64,000 nucleotides of DNA from Oligoflexales bacterium (lineage in GTDB: Bacteria; Bdellovibrionota_B; Oligoflexia; Oligoflexales; Bog-1112). Where the stretch lies: contig JBGCEP010000030.1 in assembly GCA_045106415.1 (NCBI GenBank), positions 1-64,000 of the forward strand. Direction: 5' to 3'. The notes under the pieces were generated by a model that ran no database searches, was not told the DNA's origin, and was given only the letters and a program-made list of their open reading frames with translations. Each line of letters begins with the position of its first letter. Positions within the stretch are counted from its first letter, which is position 1. Positions 39,355 to 50,407 of the stretch are shown piece after piece. The position numbers and the translations under genes are program-made.

Positions 39355-41412
39355 TCAGTTGGTCGTCGCAGTATCACCACGAGCAAAAATACTAGCTACA
39401 AAAGAAAGAATATCTGTTGAGCAAATTTCGCAGTAGCCATAATTTTTTATTAATCGGTTTTTCACCACATCAATTTTCTTTTGAGTCTCACGATCAACAA
39501 CATTTGACACAAGAGTTGTTAATTTAATCGTATCTTTTTGATCTTCAAAAAGCTTCAGCTCTAAAGCTTTGTGTAGTCTTTCATTTGTTCTAAAGTCAAA
39601 TGATTTCCCCTCTAGAGCAAGAGCACCAATATAGTTCATAATTTCACGCCGGAAATCATCTTTTCGGCTTTCTGACACATCAATTTTATCTTCAATCGAC
39701 CTCATCAGCCTCTCATCAGGATCTTCATCAGAACCAGTATAAGGGTTCCGAATTTTTTCTCGCTGAACATAAGCTTTTACATTATCAATATAATTTCCAC
39801 AAAGCTTATCAATACCAGCTTCATCGGCTGATATCGCACGTTGGACTTCATGCTTCACAATATCTTCGTACTCTCTTTTAACCTCTGTTAAAAGCTCTTG
39901 ATATCGTGAACGCACTTCTGGATTATTAATCAACGAATGGCCTTTAAGGCCTGCTGATAGTTCATTCATGATGATAAATGGATTAATACACCCATCGCCA
40001 CGATTTGTAATTAATGCATTCGAAATTTTATCCTGGATATAGCGTGGGCTAATACCATCAAGACCTTCACGATCAGCATCTTTTCTTAATTCTTTTACAT
40101 TATCTTCTGTAAAATGTTGTGATGTTCTTCCATTGTAAAGTTTTAGCTTCTGTAACAATGTAAGGTTTGCTTTTTTTGGTTCTTCTAATCGCGTTAAAAT
40201 TGCCCACATAGAAGCCATTTCTATAGTATGAGGCGCGATGTGAATATGAGGAACTGTTTCAGCGTTGAAATCTTTTTTATAAATTTTAACTTCTTCGTCA
40301 AGCGTTGTAATATACGGAACATCAATTTTAACAGTTCTATCTCGCAACGCTTCCATAAACTCATTACTTTGCAATTTACGATATTCTGGTTCATTCGTAT
40401 GGCCAAGAATAACTTCATCAATTGTTGTCTGAGCAAACTTTTTAGGCTTCACTCTATGCTCTTGAGAAGCAGTTAAAAGATCATATAAAAAAGCAACATC
40501 TAACTTTAAGACCTCAATAAACTCAATAATTCCTCGATTTGCAATATTGAACTCACCATCAAAGTTAAAAGCTCTAGGATCAGAATCAGACCCATATGTT
40601 GCGATCTTTCTATAGTTAATATCTCCGGTCAATTCAGTTGAGTCTTGGTTTTTTTCATCTTTAGGTTGAAACGTTCCAATTCCAACTCGGTCTCTTTCAG
40701 AAATAACTAAACGCTTTACTCGAATATGTTTTTCTACCATAGCGTTCCAATCACCACGGTAGTGCTCAATCAAACATTCATACGTGTGACGACATGCAGG
40801 ACAGAGTTCACCTTCAATAACGAGCGCTTTACGGCGATCACGCCCTCTATTGAATTCTTCAACAAATTGAGCTCTTTGTTTTTCTGGAATCACATGAAGA
40901 GGGTCCTCATGCATAGGGCACGGCATCTCATCTTCCATTTTCAAGACAGATTCCAGATTCGTCCACACATAAGTATACAAAGCACCATCAGGCGTTTTTG
41001 AGTAGGCTTCATAACCTTTTTTTAGCAAACGAGCTATTGTCGATTTTGCGCTTCCCACAGGACCATGAAGAAGTATAACTCTTTTTTCAGGGCCAAAACG
41101 ATAAGCGCCTGATTTAATAATGTTCACAAGTTTCTGTAAATGAACATCTAAACCAAAAACAGCATCACGTCCATTCTCAATAGGATCTTCAAAAAATTTC
41201 CAGTGTGTGATCTTCTTTTTATACTGTGTGTGTTGAGAATAACCATATGACGCAATCATATCGTAAAGACGTTGAAATGCTGTCCGTGCTATTTCAGGGT
41301 TTTCAACAACCATGTCCATATATTGTCGAAAACTACCTTCCCAACGCAATTCTTCATGCTCTTCTTGAAGACCTTGCTGTGAAATAAGACTATAGAGTCT
41401 ATCCGAGTCCAT
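39355..41412 (-). CDS. prkA: PrkA/YeaG family AAA+ serine protein kinase
   Basis: [41 protein letters not shown]. Confidence 0.95.
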   Translation of the reverse strand: MDSDRLYSLISQQGLQEEHEELRWEGSFRQYMDMVVENPEIARTAFQRLYDMIASYGYSQHTQYKKKITHWKFFEDPIENGRDAVFGLDVHLQKLVNIIKSGAYRFGPEKRVILLHGPVGSAKSTIARLLKKGYEAYSKTPDGALYTYVWTNLESVLKMEDEMPCPMHEDPLHVIPEKQRAQFVEEFNRGRDRRKALVIEGELCPACRHTYECLIEHYRGDWNAMVEKHIRVKRLVISERDRVGIGTFQPKDEKNQDSTELTGDINYRKIATYGSDSDPRAFNFDGEFNIANRGIIEFIEVLKLDVAFLYDLLTASQEHRVKPKKFAQTTIDEVILGHTNEPEYRKLQSNEFMEALRDRTVKIDVPYITTLDEEVKIYKKDFNAETVPHIHIAPHTIEMASMWAILTRLEEPKKANLTLLQKLKLYNGRTSQHFTEDNVKELRKDADREGLDGISPRYIQDKISNALITNRGDGCINPFIIMNELSAGLKGHSLINNPEVRSRYQELLTEVKREYEDIVKHEVQRAISADEAGIDKLCGNYIDNVKAYVQREKIRNPYTGSDEDPDERLMRSIEDKIDVSESRKDDFRREIMNYIGALALEGKSFDFRTNERLHKALELKLFEDQKDTIKLTTLVSNVVDRETQKKIDVVKNRLIKNYGYCEICSTDILSFVASIFARGDTATTN

Positions 41413-41861
41413 GAAGAAACCTCATACAATAAACAATTGGTAACGATTAAATGGTAGTTCTAGGATATGTTCCAATACCAATATGTGTCAAAGGACTCAA
41501 ATGGTGAGATCTGCCTACTTTGTGACGGGAAAAACAATATTTTTATACATCAAGATGCTTCATTTTTTTAAAAAAATCACTAAATATATAATATTCAAAA
41601 TATATAAACCGTTTATTATATGAACATCATATATAAATATTTTTTTTACACACAACAACCAAGCATTCCTTTTATCCAAAATCATTCACAAGCCACATAA
41701 CAAAGCACAGTCTTATTTACACACTCATACATACCAAATATTGCTTTAAAAATGGATTCATCAGCTTCTTGAAATTATTAATACGTAAATAAAATCATCT
41801 AATGCTCTATCTTTGAATTTTTACAATCTTATATTTTATATAAAAAAAATTCTGAGTCCGT

Positions 41862-41904
41862 AAAAAGAGACTGACTGTTAAAAAGTTAGAGCCAATCTCT
41901 TTTT
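41862..41904 (-). terminator. Intrinsic terminator of prfB
   Basis: Minus strand aaaagagattggct...agtcagtctcttttt, with G-U pairs valid only on this strand. Confidence 0.7.
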
Positions 41905-41906
41905 AC

Positions 41907-43011
41907 TTAAAGCTTCACTGCATTCTTTTGTAAAAAAGATTGAATAAAAGCCATGATATCACCATCTAAAACTTGCTCTGGGGAGTGAGACTCTTGTGCA
42001 GTTCTATGATCTTTCACCATTTTATAAGGGTGTAAAACATAGCTACGAATTTGGCTTCCAAAACCAATTTCACTTTTTGAGTTTTCAAGTTCTTTTTGTT
42101 TTGCTTGCCGCTTCTCAAGCTCAATTTCATAAAGCCGACTCCGCAACATTTTCATGGCCGTTTCTCGGTTCTGATGTTGAGACCTTTGACTTTGACACTG
42201 TACAACCACACCAGAAGGTTCATGCGTCAACCGAACAGCGGAGTCCGTTCTGTTCACATGTTGCCCACCAGCACCACTTGCACGGTACGTATCCACACGA
42301 AGATCCGCAGGATTAACTTCAATTTCAATATTGTCATCAATCACAGGCGTCACATAAATAGATGCAAAACTTGTATGACGGCGAGCATTAGAGTCAAAAG
42401 GAGAAATGCGCACAAGACGATGCACACCTGACTCAGCATTCAAAATTCCAAATGCAAACTCTCCTCGAAGCTCTAATGTTGCACTTCGAATACCAGCCTC
42501 ATCACCATCTTGAACATCATGTATCTCGACATCCCACTGCTTACGCGCCGCAAATCTCAAGTACATTCTCATCAGCATGGAAGCCCAATCACAACTTTCA
42601 GTGCCTCCAGCTCCAGCGTTGATTGTTACCAGTGCATGACATTGATCCGCTTCACCCCCAAGAAGGCTTTCCGTCTCAATGGCGTCGAGCAAAATTTGCA
42701 AATCATTTAAGGAGTTTATTGCTTCTTCTAAGAACTCTTCTCCATCTGTAGCAAGCTCTAAGGCTGCTGCAATATCGGAATTCAGCGCATCAATTTTCTC
42801 AGACTTCGCCAGTTTGTCCTCAAGCTGCTTTTTCTCACGCAATAAATCCGCGGACCTTGCCGCATCATTCCACAAATCAGGATCCGCATTCATTGTATCT
42901 GTAATATCTTGCAAGCGCTGTGTCGTATCAGCAGTGTCAAAGACACCTCCGTAAATGGGTGGATCTTTCTGCTATTTCTTTCGCTTGACTGTTCAGCGTT
43001 TCAATATCCAC
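41907..43011 (-). CDS. prfB: Peptide chain release factor 2 (programmed +1 frameshift)
   Basis: 24-codon upstream ORF from GTG 43011 ends CGG AGG TGT CTT TGA C; the downstream frame has the SPF and GGQ motifs. Confidence 0.97.
42936..42950 (-). other. prfB +1 frameshift cassette
   Basis: GGAGG-TGT-CTT-TGA-C (internal SD, 3-nt spacer, CTT TGA C). Confidence 0.95.
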
Positions 43012-43040
43012 TGTATCTCCTTGATATTATTATGTGTTCA

Positions 43041-43070
43041 TTGACACAATCGTCATCATGAAAGTACCAT
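43041..43070 (+). promoter_or_regulatory. Candidate sigma70 promoter of flbD-motAB
   Basis: TTGACA-N18-TACCAT upstream of flbD. Confidence 0.45.
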
Positions 43071-43093
43071 GGAAGTAATGACCATTCCAACGG

Positions 43094-43327
43094 ATGTTTT
43101 CTTTGATACTCGTCACTCGACTTGATAATTCCAAACTTTTAGTCAATCTCGATAATGTAAAATATATCGAATCGACTCCTGATACTTTAATCCGTTTTAT
43201 GAACGGAGACTCTCTTATGGTGTTAGAGAGTTTAGAGGAAGTTCAAAACCGGGCTCTCTTTGCTATGCAAAAATTTATGACAGACACACACAAACAACCA
43301 CAGAATTTTCAACCTGAGGTACTCTAA
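43094..43327 (+). CDS. flbD: Flagellar FlbD/SwrD family protein
   Basis: ILVTRLD...VNLD.VKYIESTPDTLI...G....VLES.EEV; directly upstream of motA (TAATG overlap). Confidence 0.88.
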   Translation: MFSLILVTRLDNSKLLVNLDNVKYIESTPDTLIRFMNGDSLMVLESLEEVQNRALFAMQKFMTDTHKQPQNFQPEVL

Positions 43328-44082
43328 TGGATATCACCAGCCTTCTCGGACCTATTGTTGCATTAGGAGCTATCGGAGTCGGATTGATTCTCGAAGGTGG
43401 CCACGTGTCATCCGTTATTCAATTCACTGCATTTTTGATTGTTATTGGTGGCATGGTTGGTTCTATTATGGTGGCCTACCCTATGGGTGACCTCATTAAT
43501 GCTTTAAAGTCTTTAGGTACTTTCATGAAAAGCCCTAAGGCTGACCCTGATCAAATCTTTGCAGAAATCATGGAGCTTGCACAAATTGCTCGTCAAGAAT
43601 CGGTTCTCGCATTAGAAAAAAAACGCGCAGACATCAGCTACCCTCCGTTAGCAAAAGCAATTCGACTCGCTGTTGATGGCACTGATCCAACTATTATCCG
43701 TGACGCACTTGAAACAGCTCAACATGTAGCTCTTGAGGAAGAAGAGGTCTACGTTCACTTCTGGGAAGATTGTGGCGCAATCGCACCAACCATTGGTATT
43801 CTTGGAGCTGTTTTAGGTTTGATTCACGTTATGGAAAATCTGGACAAACCTGAAATGATTGGACCTGGTATCGCTGTTGCATTCGTTGCAACTCTTTATG
43901 GTGTAGGCTTTGCAAATATATTTTTCCTACCTATCGGAAAAAAAATAAAAAGAAAAGCAGTGATGGACTCAATGGCACAAGAGATGGTCATTATCGGTGT
44001 TGAAGGAATTCTTGCTGGCCTTAACCCAAAAGTTCTTCAAGAAAAGCTTTCTTGCTTTGTTAACGAAGCTCAAGAAGAGTAG
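43327..44082 (+). CDS. motA: Flagellar stator MotA
   Basis: AFLIVIGG, ARQESVLALE, APTIGILGAVLGLI, IAVAFVATLYG. Confidence 0.95.
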   Translation: MDITSLLGPIVALGAIGVGLILEGGHVSSVIQFTAFLIVIGGMVGSIMVAYPMGDLINALKSLGTFMKSPKADPDQIFAEIMELAQIARQESVLALEKKRADISYPPLAKAIRLAVDGTDPTIIRDALETAQHVALEEEEVYVHFWEDCGAIAPTIGILGAVLGLIHVMENLDKPEMIGPGIAVAFVATLYGVGFANIFFLPIGKKIKRKAVMDSMAQEMVIIGVEGILAGLNPKVLQEKLSCFVNEAQEE

Positions 44083-44087
44083 AAAAG

Positions 44088-44903
44088 ATGGCAAAAAAAA
44101 AATGTCCAGAATTTGAAAACCACGAAAGATGGCTTGTCAGCTACGCCGACATGCTCACACTACTTTTCGCAGTATTTGTTGTTCTTTTCGCCCTCAAAGA
44201 CGGTGGGGGGGGAGAAGAAACTCAAGAGACAGCAGGCTCTATGCAAGAAAGCTTTAGTACACCTCTTGAAGATATTCCTATTGATAGAAAAACGGGATCT
44301 CTACCGAATGGAGGAAGCGTTTTTGAGTACTTTCAAGGCGAAAATGTAACACCACCACCTATTCAGAAATATGATGATCAAAAACAAGAAAAAGGTCTTA
44401 TCGACACTGAGATGCATAAATTTAAAACACAGTTAGAGAATCGGCTTTATGGCCCTCATAAATTTAGAAGTCATGATGAATCAGGAAACTCTAGGCTTGT
44501 TGAAATCCGACGTTCGTCCACAGGTTTTCAGCTCAAAATACTTGCGCGACACTTCTATGATGAAGGTGAGATTGACGTTAAAAAAACGGCTATCCCCCAA
44601 GTCGATAAAGTCATCACAATGCTTAAAAAATTAAGGCGCACCGTCGTAATCGAAGGACACACTGATAATTTACCAACAAAAGGTCGCTGGTCAAACTGGG
44701 ATGTCTCTGCTTTACGAGCCACTCATTTAGTTAAGTACATGATAGAAAAACATAAATTCCCCCAGTCAAAACTTGCCGCCTCGGGGTATGGGGATACTCG
44801 ACCGATTGCACATAACGGGACACAAGAGGGACGCCAACTTAACAGACGGATAGAAATTCATGTTCATTATGATCGCTCTAAGCATCACGATCCTCTGCGC
44901 TGA
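44088..44903 (+). CDS. motB: Flagellar stator MotB
   Basis: WLVSYADMLTLL (conserved Asp); OmpA-like EGHTDN, NW..S..RA, NRRIEI. Confidence 0.95.
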   Translation: MAKKKCPEFENHERWLVSYADMLTLLFAVFVVLFALKDGGGGEETQETAGSMQESFSTPLEDIPIDRKTGSLPNGGSVFEYFQGENVTPPPIQKYDDQKQEKGLIDTEMHKFKTQLENRLYGPHKFRSHDESGNSRLVEIRRSSTGFQLKILARHFYDEGEIDVKKTAIPQVDKVITMLKKLRRTVVIEGHTDNLPTKGRWSNWDVSALRATHLVKYMIEKHKFPQSKLAASGYGDTRPIAHNGTQEGRQLNRRIEIHVHYDRSKHHDPLR

Positions 44904-47115
44904 ACAAGCGCAAAGCACCCCTATATCTCAAAAAGATTTTTTGAAAATCATTAAAAACTACAGCATTATTGCTGATTTTTCTCAAAAAAATCCTGACCGC
45001 AACCTTGTCAAAGAAACTATTTTTTGGCAATACCCTTGGGAATTACCAAAAATTTCTTTTCCATTTGTAAAAAACTTTGGAGATGAAAAATTTCTACTAA
45101 ACTCTCCAGGCACTGGTCGACCTTATGAACACATCAACCGGGGCCGACAATTTTACCTGAAAGGCGACTATGAAGAAGCTAAAGATACATGGCTATCAAA
45201 TCGAATGAGATATGGATCTAGTTGGGATTTCCATAGAAGAAATGATCTTTATGTTGGATTTAGTTTTTATAAAATGGGTCAAAAAGCAGAACAAGCAGAA
45301 GGCGCTTTTTCACAGCAAGCAAAAACCTATTACTCACATTCATCAACATTCTTAACTTGGGCTTTTTCAAGAAAAAAACAGATCCCAGATCCCATGATTG
45401 ACAAGTTAATGCCAGAAGGCTCTTATCAACTCACTGCAATGTACTTTAAATATGACCAATACAAAAAAGCCAACCATATGGCTGAAGCCGGGCTTGAACA
45501 CATCGAAAACGTGGGTGCAACATCAAAAACAAGATATTACAGAGCTGATCTTAGGCGTATTTTAGCTGAGACTATGATCAAAAACAGAGCATATCCACCA
45601 GCCATTATTCAACTCGACAGAGCTTTACGACAAGATCCTGACCCTTATCGCGCTGCACTCATTTTTTCACGCATCGGTGACATTTATTTTGACTTGAACA
45701 ACTATGAACTTGCAGAAGACATGTATCATTTAAGTATTCGTGTTCAAAGAGAACATCAATCTCTAGCTCCATCACAACTTGCTCTGCAAGCAGAATCTTT
45801 TTTTTGGATGAAAAAATTCTCTAAAGCACAAGAAATTTTTCAACGATCTCTTGATAGTTATGGAACACACACAGATGTCTTGCCAGTACAAACACGACCG
45901 TGGGTTTTACTACGTATTGCAGATGCTTTTCTTGCTCGATCATACCTTAAAGACACAACAGAGAAAGAAAAAATGGAACTTCAACACCAAGCTGTTGTCC
46001 AGTACTCTAAGGTTGCACATCATTTCCCAAATCATGAAGCAGCACAAATAGCAGAGCTTCGATCAACTTGTCTCCAATTCCCTAAATATCAAAAAAAGAA
46101 TGTGATACACGCAAGAAATAAGATGCATTCACTCAGGCGAGAGAAAATACCCTTTCTTGCCCATGAAATGTCATGGGATTGTGAAATAAACTCTTACATT
46201 TCAAGAGAAAGCGGAGAAATCATTATAGAAAAAGTAAAAGAATTCCTCAGTCATTATCCGGATTCAGAGCGATCAAAAAAATGGATTGAGCCCGTAAGAA
46301 ACGCACAAGCTATAAAAATTTATAAATACATACAACAAAAAGATGATTACGGCACAATCGGTTTTTACCTTGCTAATCGCGACACTCTTTTTCAAAAAGT
46401 TGATCCTAAACTCGCAAAAATTCTATTCAAAATATTCATCACCCTTGGTAAGCAAGAAGATGCGCATCATCTATACGAAACATTCAAAAACCACATAGAA
46501 ACAGATCATGATAAATTAATACAAGCTGTATATATCGTCGAAAACGAAAATATGAATAAAAATGGTCTAGCTGAAGATCTAACCATTCATCACACAGAGG
46601 AACATGAATTTCTACTAACAAGAATTCTTCAATCAAAACATGGACACTTTCTCACTCCTTGGGTTTTCAAAATAAAAAATCAGTGGGAAAAAAATCCTAT
46701 TCTATTATGTGATCAAATATTACCACTCCTTTCCTCATGGCCACACAATACTGAAACAGAAATGCGAGATAAAACAGTCATAGAAATAGCAGAACAAGAA
46801 CTTCCTGACCTCCTTACAGATGATGAAGTATGTGGCATCACCCTTCTTGATTTAGAGCTCGAACAAGCCATTGATAGAAGAGATGCTCATCGTCTCGCCT
46901 TGTGGACCAAAAGAACATCTTGGCCATTAACACCGTCGATCCTCAGAATTCAATGGATAGCAGCAGAAAAGCTTTATGAGCTTGGTAGAAAAAAAGACGC
47001 TGAATTTTTATGGTCCTACATCTCCAAGCAACCTCTTCAGACTTATGAAGTCAAATTTTCAAAAGCACGACTTCAAGATATCCACACAGAGCATAATTCT
47101 CTATGGGAAAAATAG
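44860..47115 (+). CDS. Large exported TPR-repeat protein
   Basis: Signal peptide, repeated helical TPR-like motifs (RIGDIYFDLNNYELAEDMY etc.); overlaps the end of motB. Confidence 0.7.
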   Translation: MFIMIALSITILCAEQAQSTPISQKDFLKIIKNYSIIADFSQKNPDRNLVKETIFWQYPWELPKISFPFVKNFGDEKFLLNSPGTGRPYEHINRGRQFYLKGDYEEAKDTWLSNRMRYGSSWDFHRRNDLYVGFSFYKMGQKAEQAEGAFSQQAKTYYSHSSTFLTWAFSRKKQIPDPMIDKLMPEGSYQLTAMYFKYDQYKKANHMAEAGLEHIENVGATSKTRYYRADLRRILAETMIKNRAYPPAIIQLDRALRQDPDPYRAALIFSRIGDIYFDLNNYELAEDMYHLSIRVQREHQSLAPSQLALQAESFFWMKKFSKAQEIFQRSLDSYGTHTDVLPVQTRPWVLLRIADAFLARSYLKDTTEKEKMELQHQAVVQYSKVAHHFPNHEAAQIAELRSTCLQFPKYQKKNVIHARNKMHSLRREKIPFLAHEMSWDCEINSYISRESGEIIIEKVKEFLSHYPDSERSKKWIEPVRNAQAIKIYKYIQQKDDYGTIGFYLANRDTLFQKVDPKLAKILFKIFITLGKQEDAHHLYETFKNHIETDHDKLIQAVYIVENENMNKNGLAEDLTIHHTEEHEFLLTRILQSKHGHFLTPWVFKIKNQWEKNPILLCDQILPLLSSWPHNTETEMRDKTVIEIAEQELPDLLTDDEVCGITLLDLELEQAIDRRDAHRLALWTKRTSWPLTPSILRIQWIAAEKLYELGRKKDAEFLWSYISKQPLQTYEVKFSKARLQDIHTEHNSLWEK

Positions 47116-47199
47116 CTTTATTTTCAGCACGATAAACACATGTAATTTCACTAAACATAAAAAAAAACCGAGAATATAACCATAGACTGTGGAGGTTTT

Positions 47200-48771
47200 A
47201 TGAGTAAACAGGAATTGAGCAAGCCTTTTTTGAGTATAGTGATTGCAGTATTCTCTCTTATTGCAATCATCCTTATGCCTCTATGGGCGCACGCTGAATC
47301 ATTCTACACATCAACTTTAGCTCTTTTAGCTTTAGTAACAGGATCTTTTGCAATAGCAAGATTACAGCATTTATCGCAACAAGAAATGCCTGAATCAGAT
47401 GTAGATGAGAATAGAATTCGGGGTGAATATGAAAGTGAGTTTAGAACGCAAAAGCTAGATCTCGAAGCTCAGCTGCAATCGTTTACTCTTAAACTTCGAG
47501 ATGCTGATACTCAAATATCAAAATTCAAAGTTCTCATAGATGAAAGTAAGAATCGTGAAACAGTGCTTCAAAAAGAAGTTGCAGAACTACAATCGCAAAC
47601 AAAAACGAATGGTCAGAGTAGCGGACCTGGTGTTGCTTCTATTTTTGAAATTCGATCCAAAGACTTAATTTCACGACTTGGAGAGAAAGACGAACAACTC
47701 ACTTCACAGGAATCTCTATTAAAAAAGATTCAACATCTCATACCTGAAATTAAAGGGCAGCTCAATCAAGTCGTTAAACACACAGAGTCAAGCGCTATTG
47801 AAATTGGGGATAAAGTTCGCTCTATTTATGAAAAAGCGCAACGTAATCTCGCTGAATCAAATGAGATTAATCGCCAGTTTTCAGGTGCTCAAATTTCTTC
47901 TGAAGAAAGTGATGCTCCTCAGCAGCAGTCCCTCTCAACAGTCCTTGAAAGCGCACTCAGCCTTCTCACGGAAATGACTGAAATGCTCGAAGAAAACAGC
48001 TCACTCAATATAGAATATTCTGAGTCGATTGAGGTCATTCTTGAAAACACAGCAACAATTAATAAAATTACAGAAGATATTCAATACATTTCAGATCAAA
48101 CAAACCTCCTAGCTCTCAATGCAGCAATTGAAGCTGCACGAGCAGGTGAGCATGGTCGAGGATTTAGTGTTGTTGCAGAAGAGGTCCGAAAACTATCTGA
48201 CAGAACAAACCAAGCCTCCAATGACATTACTCAAATTGTTGGTAAAGTAAATAATTCTGTGCAAGCCATTGCGAACTCATTAACTGATAAATTAAAGAAA
48301 ACAAAGGGTAAAAAAGAGTCTGTTGATAACGCTGTTGAGCTTCTTTTAAATACAGCTAAAGAATCGACAGAAGTTTTTGCTCAGCTTGTATCAAACTCTG
48401 TATCAAGCTCTGAGAGTGTTGCTAAGAATATTGATCAGATCATTACGAGTCTTCAATTCCAAGATATCACACGCCAAGAAATAGAATCAGTCATACGACC
48501 GCTTGGACAGATCAACGAATTTGCAGATGATTTGGTGGATAAGCTTCGAGGGTTAAAATCAGATGGAGCTTCTGCTCCAACTTCACCTAGCTCTGAAGAA
48601 CGAGTAGCAAGCGCTCCGAATCCACCTCCAGCAGAACCTGTTAAAACAGACACACCCTCACCAGAGACTGTGAAAGTAGAAGCCCCGACTCCAGCGGAAG
48701 CGGCAGCACCACCTCCAGCTGAAGCGGACGCAGATGAAGCTGCTGCCCCAAAAGAAGTTCTCTTCTTCTAG
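47200..48771 (+). CDS. Methyl-accepting chemotaxis protein
   Basis: Two adjacent TM helices, [46 protein letters not shown], Pro/Ala tail ending EVLFF. Confidence 0.93.
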   Translation: MSKQELSKPFLSIVIAVFSLIAIILMPLWAHAESFYTSTLALLALVTGSFAIARLQHLSQQEMPESDVDENRIRGEYESEFRTQKLDLEAQLQSFTLKLRDADTQISKFKVLIDESKNRETVLQKEVAELQSQTKTNGQSSGPGVASIFEIRSKDLISRLGEKDEQLTSQESLLKKIQHLIPEIKGQLNQVVKHTESSAIEIGDKVRSIYEKAQRNLAESNEINRQFSGAQISSEESDAPQQQSLSTVLESALSLLTEMTEMLEENSSLNIEYSESIEVILENTATINKITEDIQYISDQTNLLALNAAIEAARAGEHGRGFSVVAEEVRKLSDRTNQASNDITQIVGKVNNSVQAIANSLTDKLKKTKGKKESVDNAVELLLNTAKESTEVFAQLVSNSVSSSESVAKNIDQIITSLQFQDITRQEIESVIRPLGQINEFADDLVDKLRGLKSDGASAPTSPSSEERVASAPNPPPAEPVKTDTPSPETVKVEAPTPAEAAAPPPAEADADEAAAPKEVLFF

Positions 48772-48784
48772 AAAAAAAACGTTT

Positions 48785-50377
48785 CTATGCCGCATTTTGA
48801 TGTTCTTCAAAAGGATCGAGATGCGGCATCATTTTACTTAAAATAAGAAGAACATCTTCTATATTATGCAAATCTTTACAGAAAAATATCCGCATAACAT
48901 CGATTTCATTTGATTGAAATGGATATCGTGACAAACATTCTGACCCTATCATTTGCCCTAATAAATAAGCCACTTCTAAACTTATTCCACGGCTGCATTT
49001 CTCAAAAGAATCTTTTATAATTTGGACTGTTAATCCATCTTTTCTTTTTATAGTTTCAAAAACTGAAATAACTTCTTTTGAGATAAAATATTGTTGAGAG
49101 CAATTTTTTGATTCATAGAATAATAAATATTCTTTATGATGATAAAAATTCATAACTGAAAAATGTGGGTCAAAGATTTTAGCACACATAGTCCCAATGG
49201 CATTCCACAAGACATATTTATAAAACACCATACATGCATCTCCTGAAAAATTAAAATGAGGATGAAGCATATGGTATAAAAACTGTCCGGCAAGGTATGG
49301 GAAAGCATCTTGCCAATGTTCATTAAAACAAACTGTATATCGATCTAAATCATATAATCCATAATCTTTTTGTAAACTTGTTGAGTTTTTTTGAAAACCT
49401 GAGAGCCACTGAAATGAAGATTCATCAATGCAAAACTTTTGCAAGTTCTCTTGAGCAATACTTAAACCTAAAAAATCAGATAAATCTCTGCAAATTTCAT
49501 AAAAATGGTAATCAAGATCAATTCTAATCTCATTATAGTCATATGTTTTATGATCTGAAGCCTCTATTAAAGACGCCTTTAAATCACTCCACATATTAAA
49601 AGATTTCCATTTTGACCACGGAGTTGAGTTCATAATACAAAAATATCGTTCTGCAACAGATAAATAAATAGGAAATGATGATTTTTGCTCTAAACATTTA
49701 AAAAAATATTGATCAATATTATTAACGATACGTACAATATAATCTTGAGAAACACCTAGTTTTGTAAGATGATCAGGAAGGTGAGATTGTGCTAAGTGAT
49801 TCTCACCAACAACACAAATCAGCAATGAATTTTTATTATTTTTTTGTATTGCATATAAGCGTTGCGACATAAATTTATCCCGCTTTTGAAGTTGATCTAA
49901 TCCTTTACGATTTGTATCAATTCCATAAACGGGTATTTTAAAATCACGCGCAGTTGTGAGAAGCTCTTGATAATGCTTCCATGGAAAACCCCAATCACTT
50001 TCATATTGAATAGCTTCTAGAAAATCAAACTCTGTCATATTTCCTAAAAGATAAGCATCAATATAAGGTTGATCTTCTGCTCTAAAGATTTCCACACATA
50101 AGACAAGGCTACGATTTTTATATAAATCTCTCAAAATATTACGACAACCATCGACAGAGGCTCGTGAAGTATGAAAGTCACCATACAGTAGTATATGAGA
50201 GCGGAGAATAGAAGCATGCAAAGCTTCTAAGGAAGTTACAGAAGCATCTTGAGAGAGCTCACAGAGAAATCTTTTTTCATAACGCTCTATTTCATTGGAA
50301 TAATTTTGTCGCTCCGACAAAGCCTCATTCCATTCACGCTGAAAAAGCTCTTGATGTAGATGTTGTAAAGAGGCCAT
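48785..50377 (-). CDS. ChaN/TIKI-fold-like protein with a C-terminal extension
   Basis: LLYGDFH, LCVEIF...Q..ID.YL, WGFPW..Y, RDKFM, VVGENHL. Confidence 0.65.
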   Translation of the reverse strand: MASLQHLHQELFQREWNEALSERQNYSNEIERYEKRFLCELSQDASVTSLEALHASILRSHILLYGDFHTSRASVDGCRNILRDLYKNRSLVLCVEIFRAEDQPYIDAYLLGNMTEFDFLEAIQYESDWGFPWKHYQELLTTARDFKIPVYGIDTNRKGLDQLQKRDKFMSQRLYAIQKNNKNSLLICVVGENHLAQSHLPDHLTKLGVSQDYIVRIVNNIDQYFFKCLEQKSSFPIYLSVAERYFCIMNSTPWSKWKSFNMWSDLKASLIEASDHKTYDYNEIRIDLDYHFYEICRDLSDFLGLSIAQENLQKFCIDESSFQWLSGFQKNSTSLQKDYGLYDLDRYTVCFNEHWQDAFPYLAGQFLYHMLHPHFNFSGDACMVFYKYVLWNAIGTMCAKIFDPHFSVMNFYHHKEYLLFYESKNCSQQYFISKEVISVFETIKRKDGLTVQIIKDSFEKCSRGISLEVAYLLGQMIGSECLSRYPFQSNEIDVMRIFFCKDLHNIEDVLLILSKMMPHLDPFEEHQNAA

Positions 50378-50407
50378 AACCTCCCCAAGTCACTCTTAAC
50401 TCTATGA

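Noticed and set aside
41413..41860. AT-rich intergenic region as oriC or an ncRNA
   Set aside because: I found no DnaA-box cluster or stable structure; it is most simply the prkA upstream region.
47152..47174. sigma28 promoter before the MCP (TAAA...ACCGAGAA)
   Set aside because: The spacing is 11 nt rather than 15 nt, and the region is A-rich.
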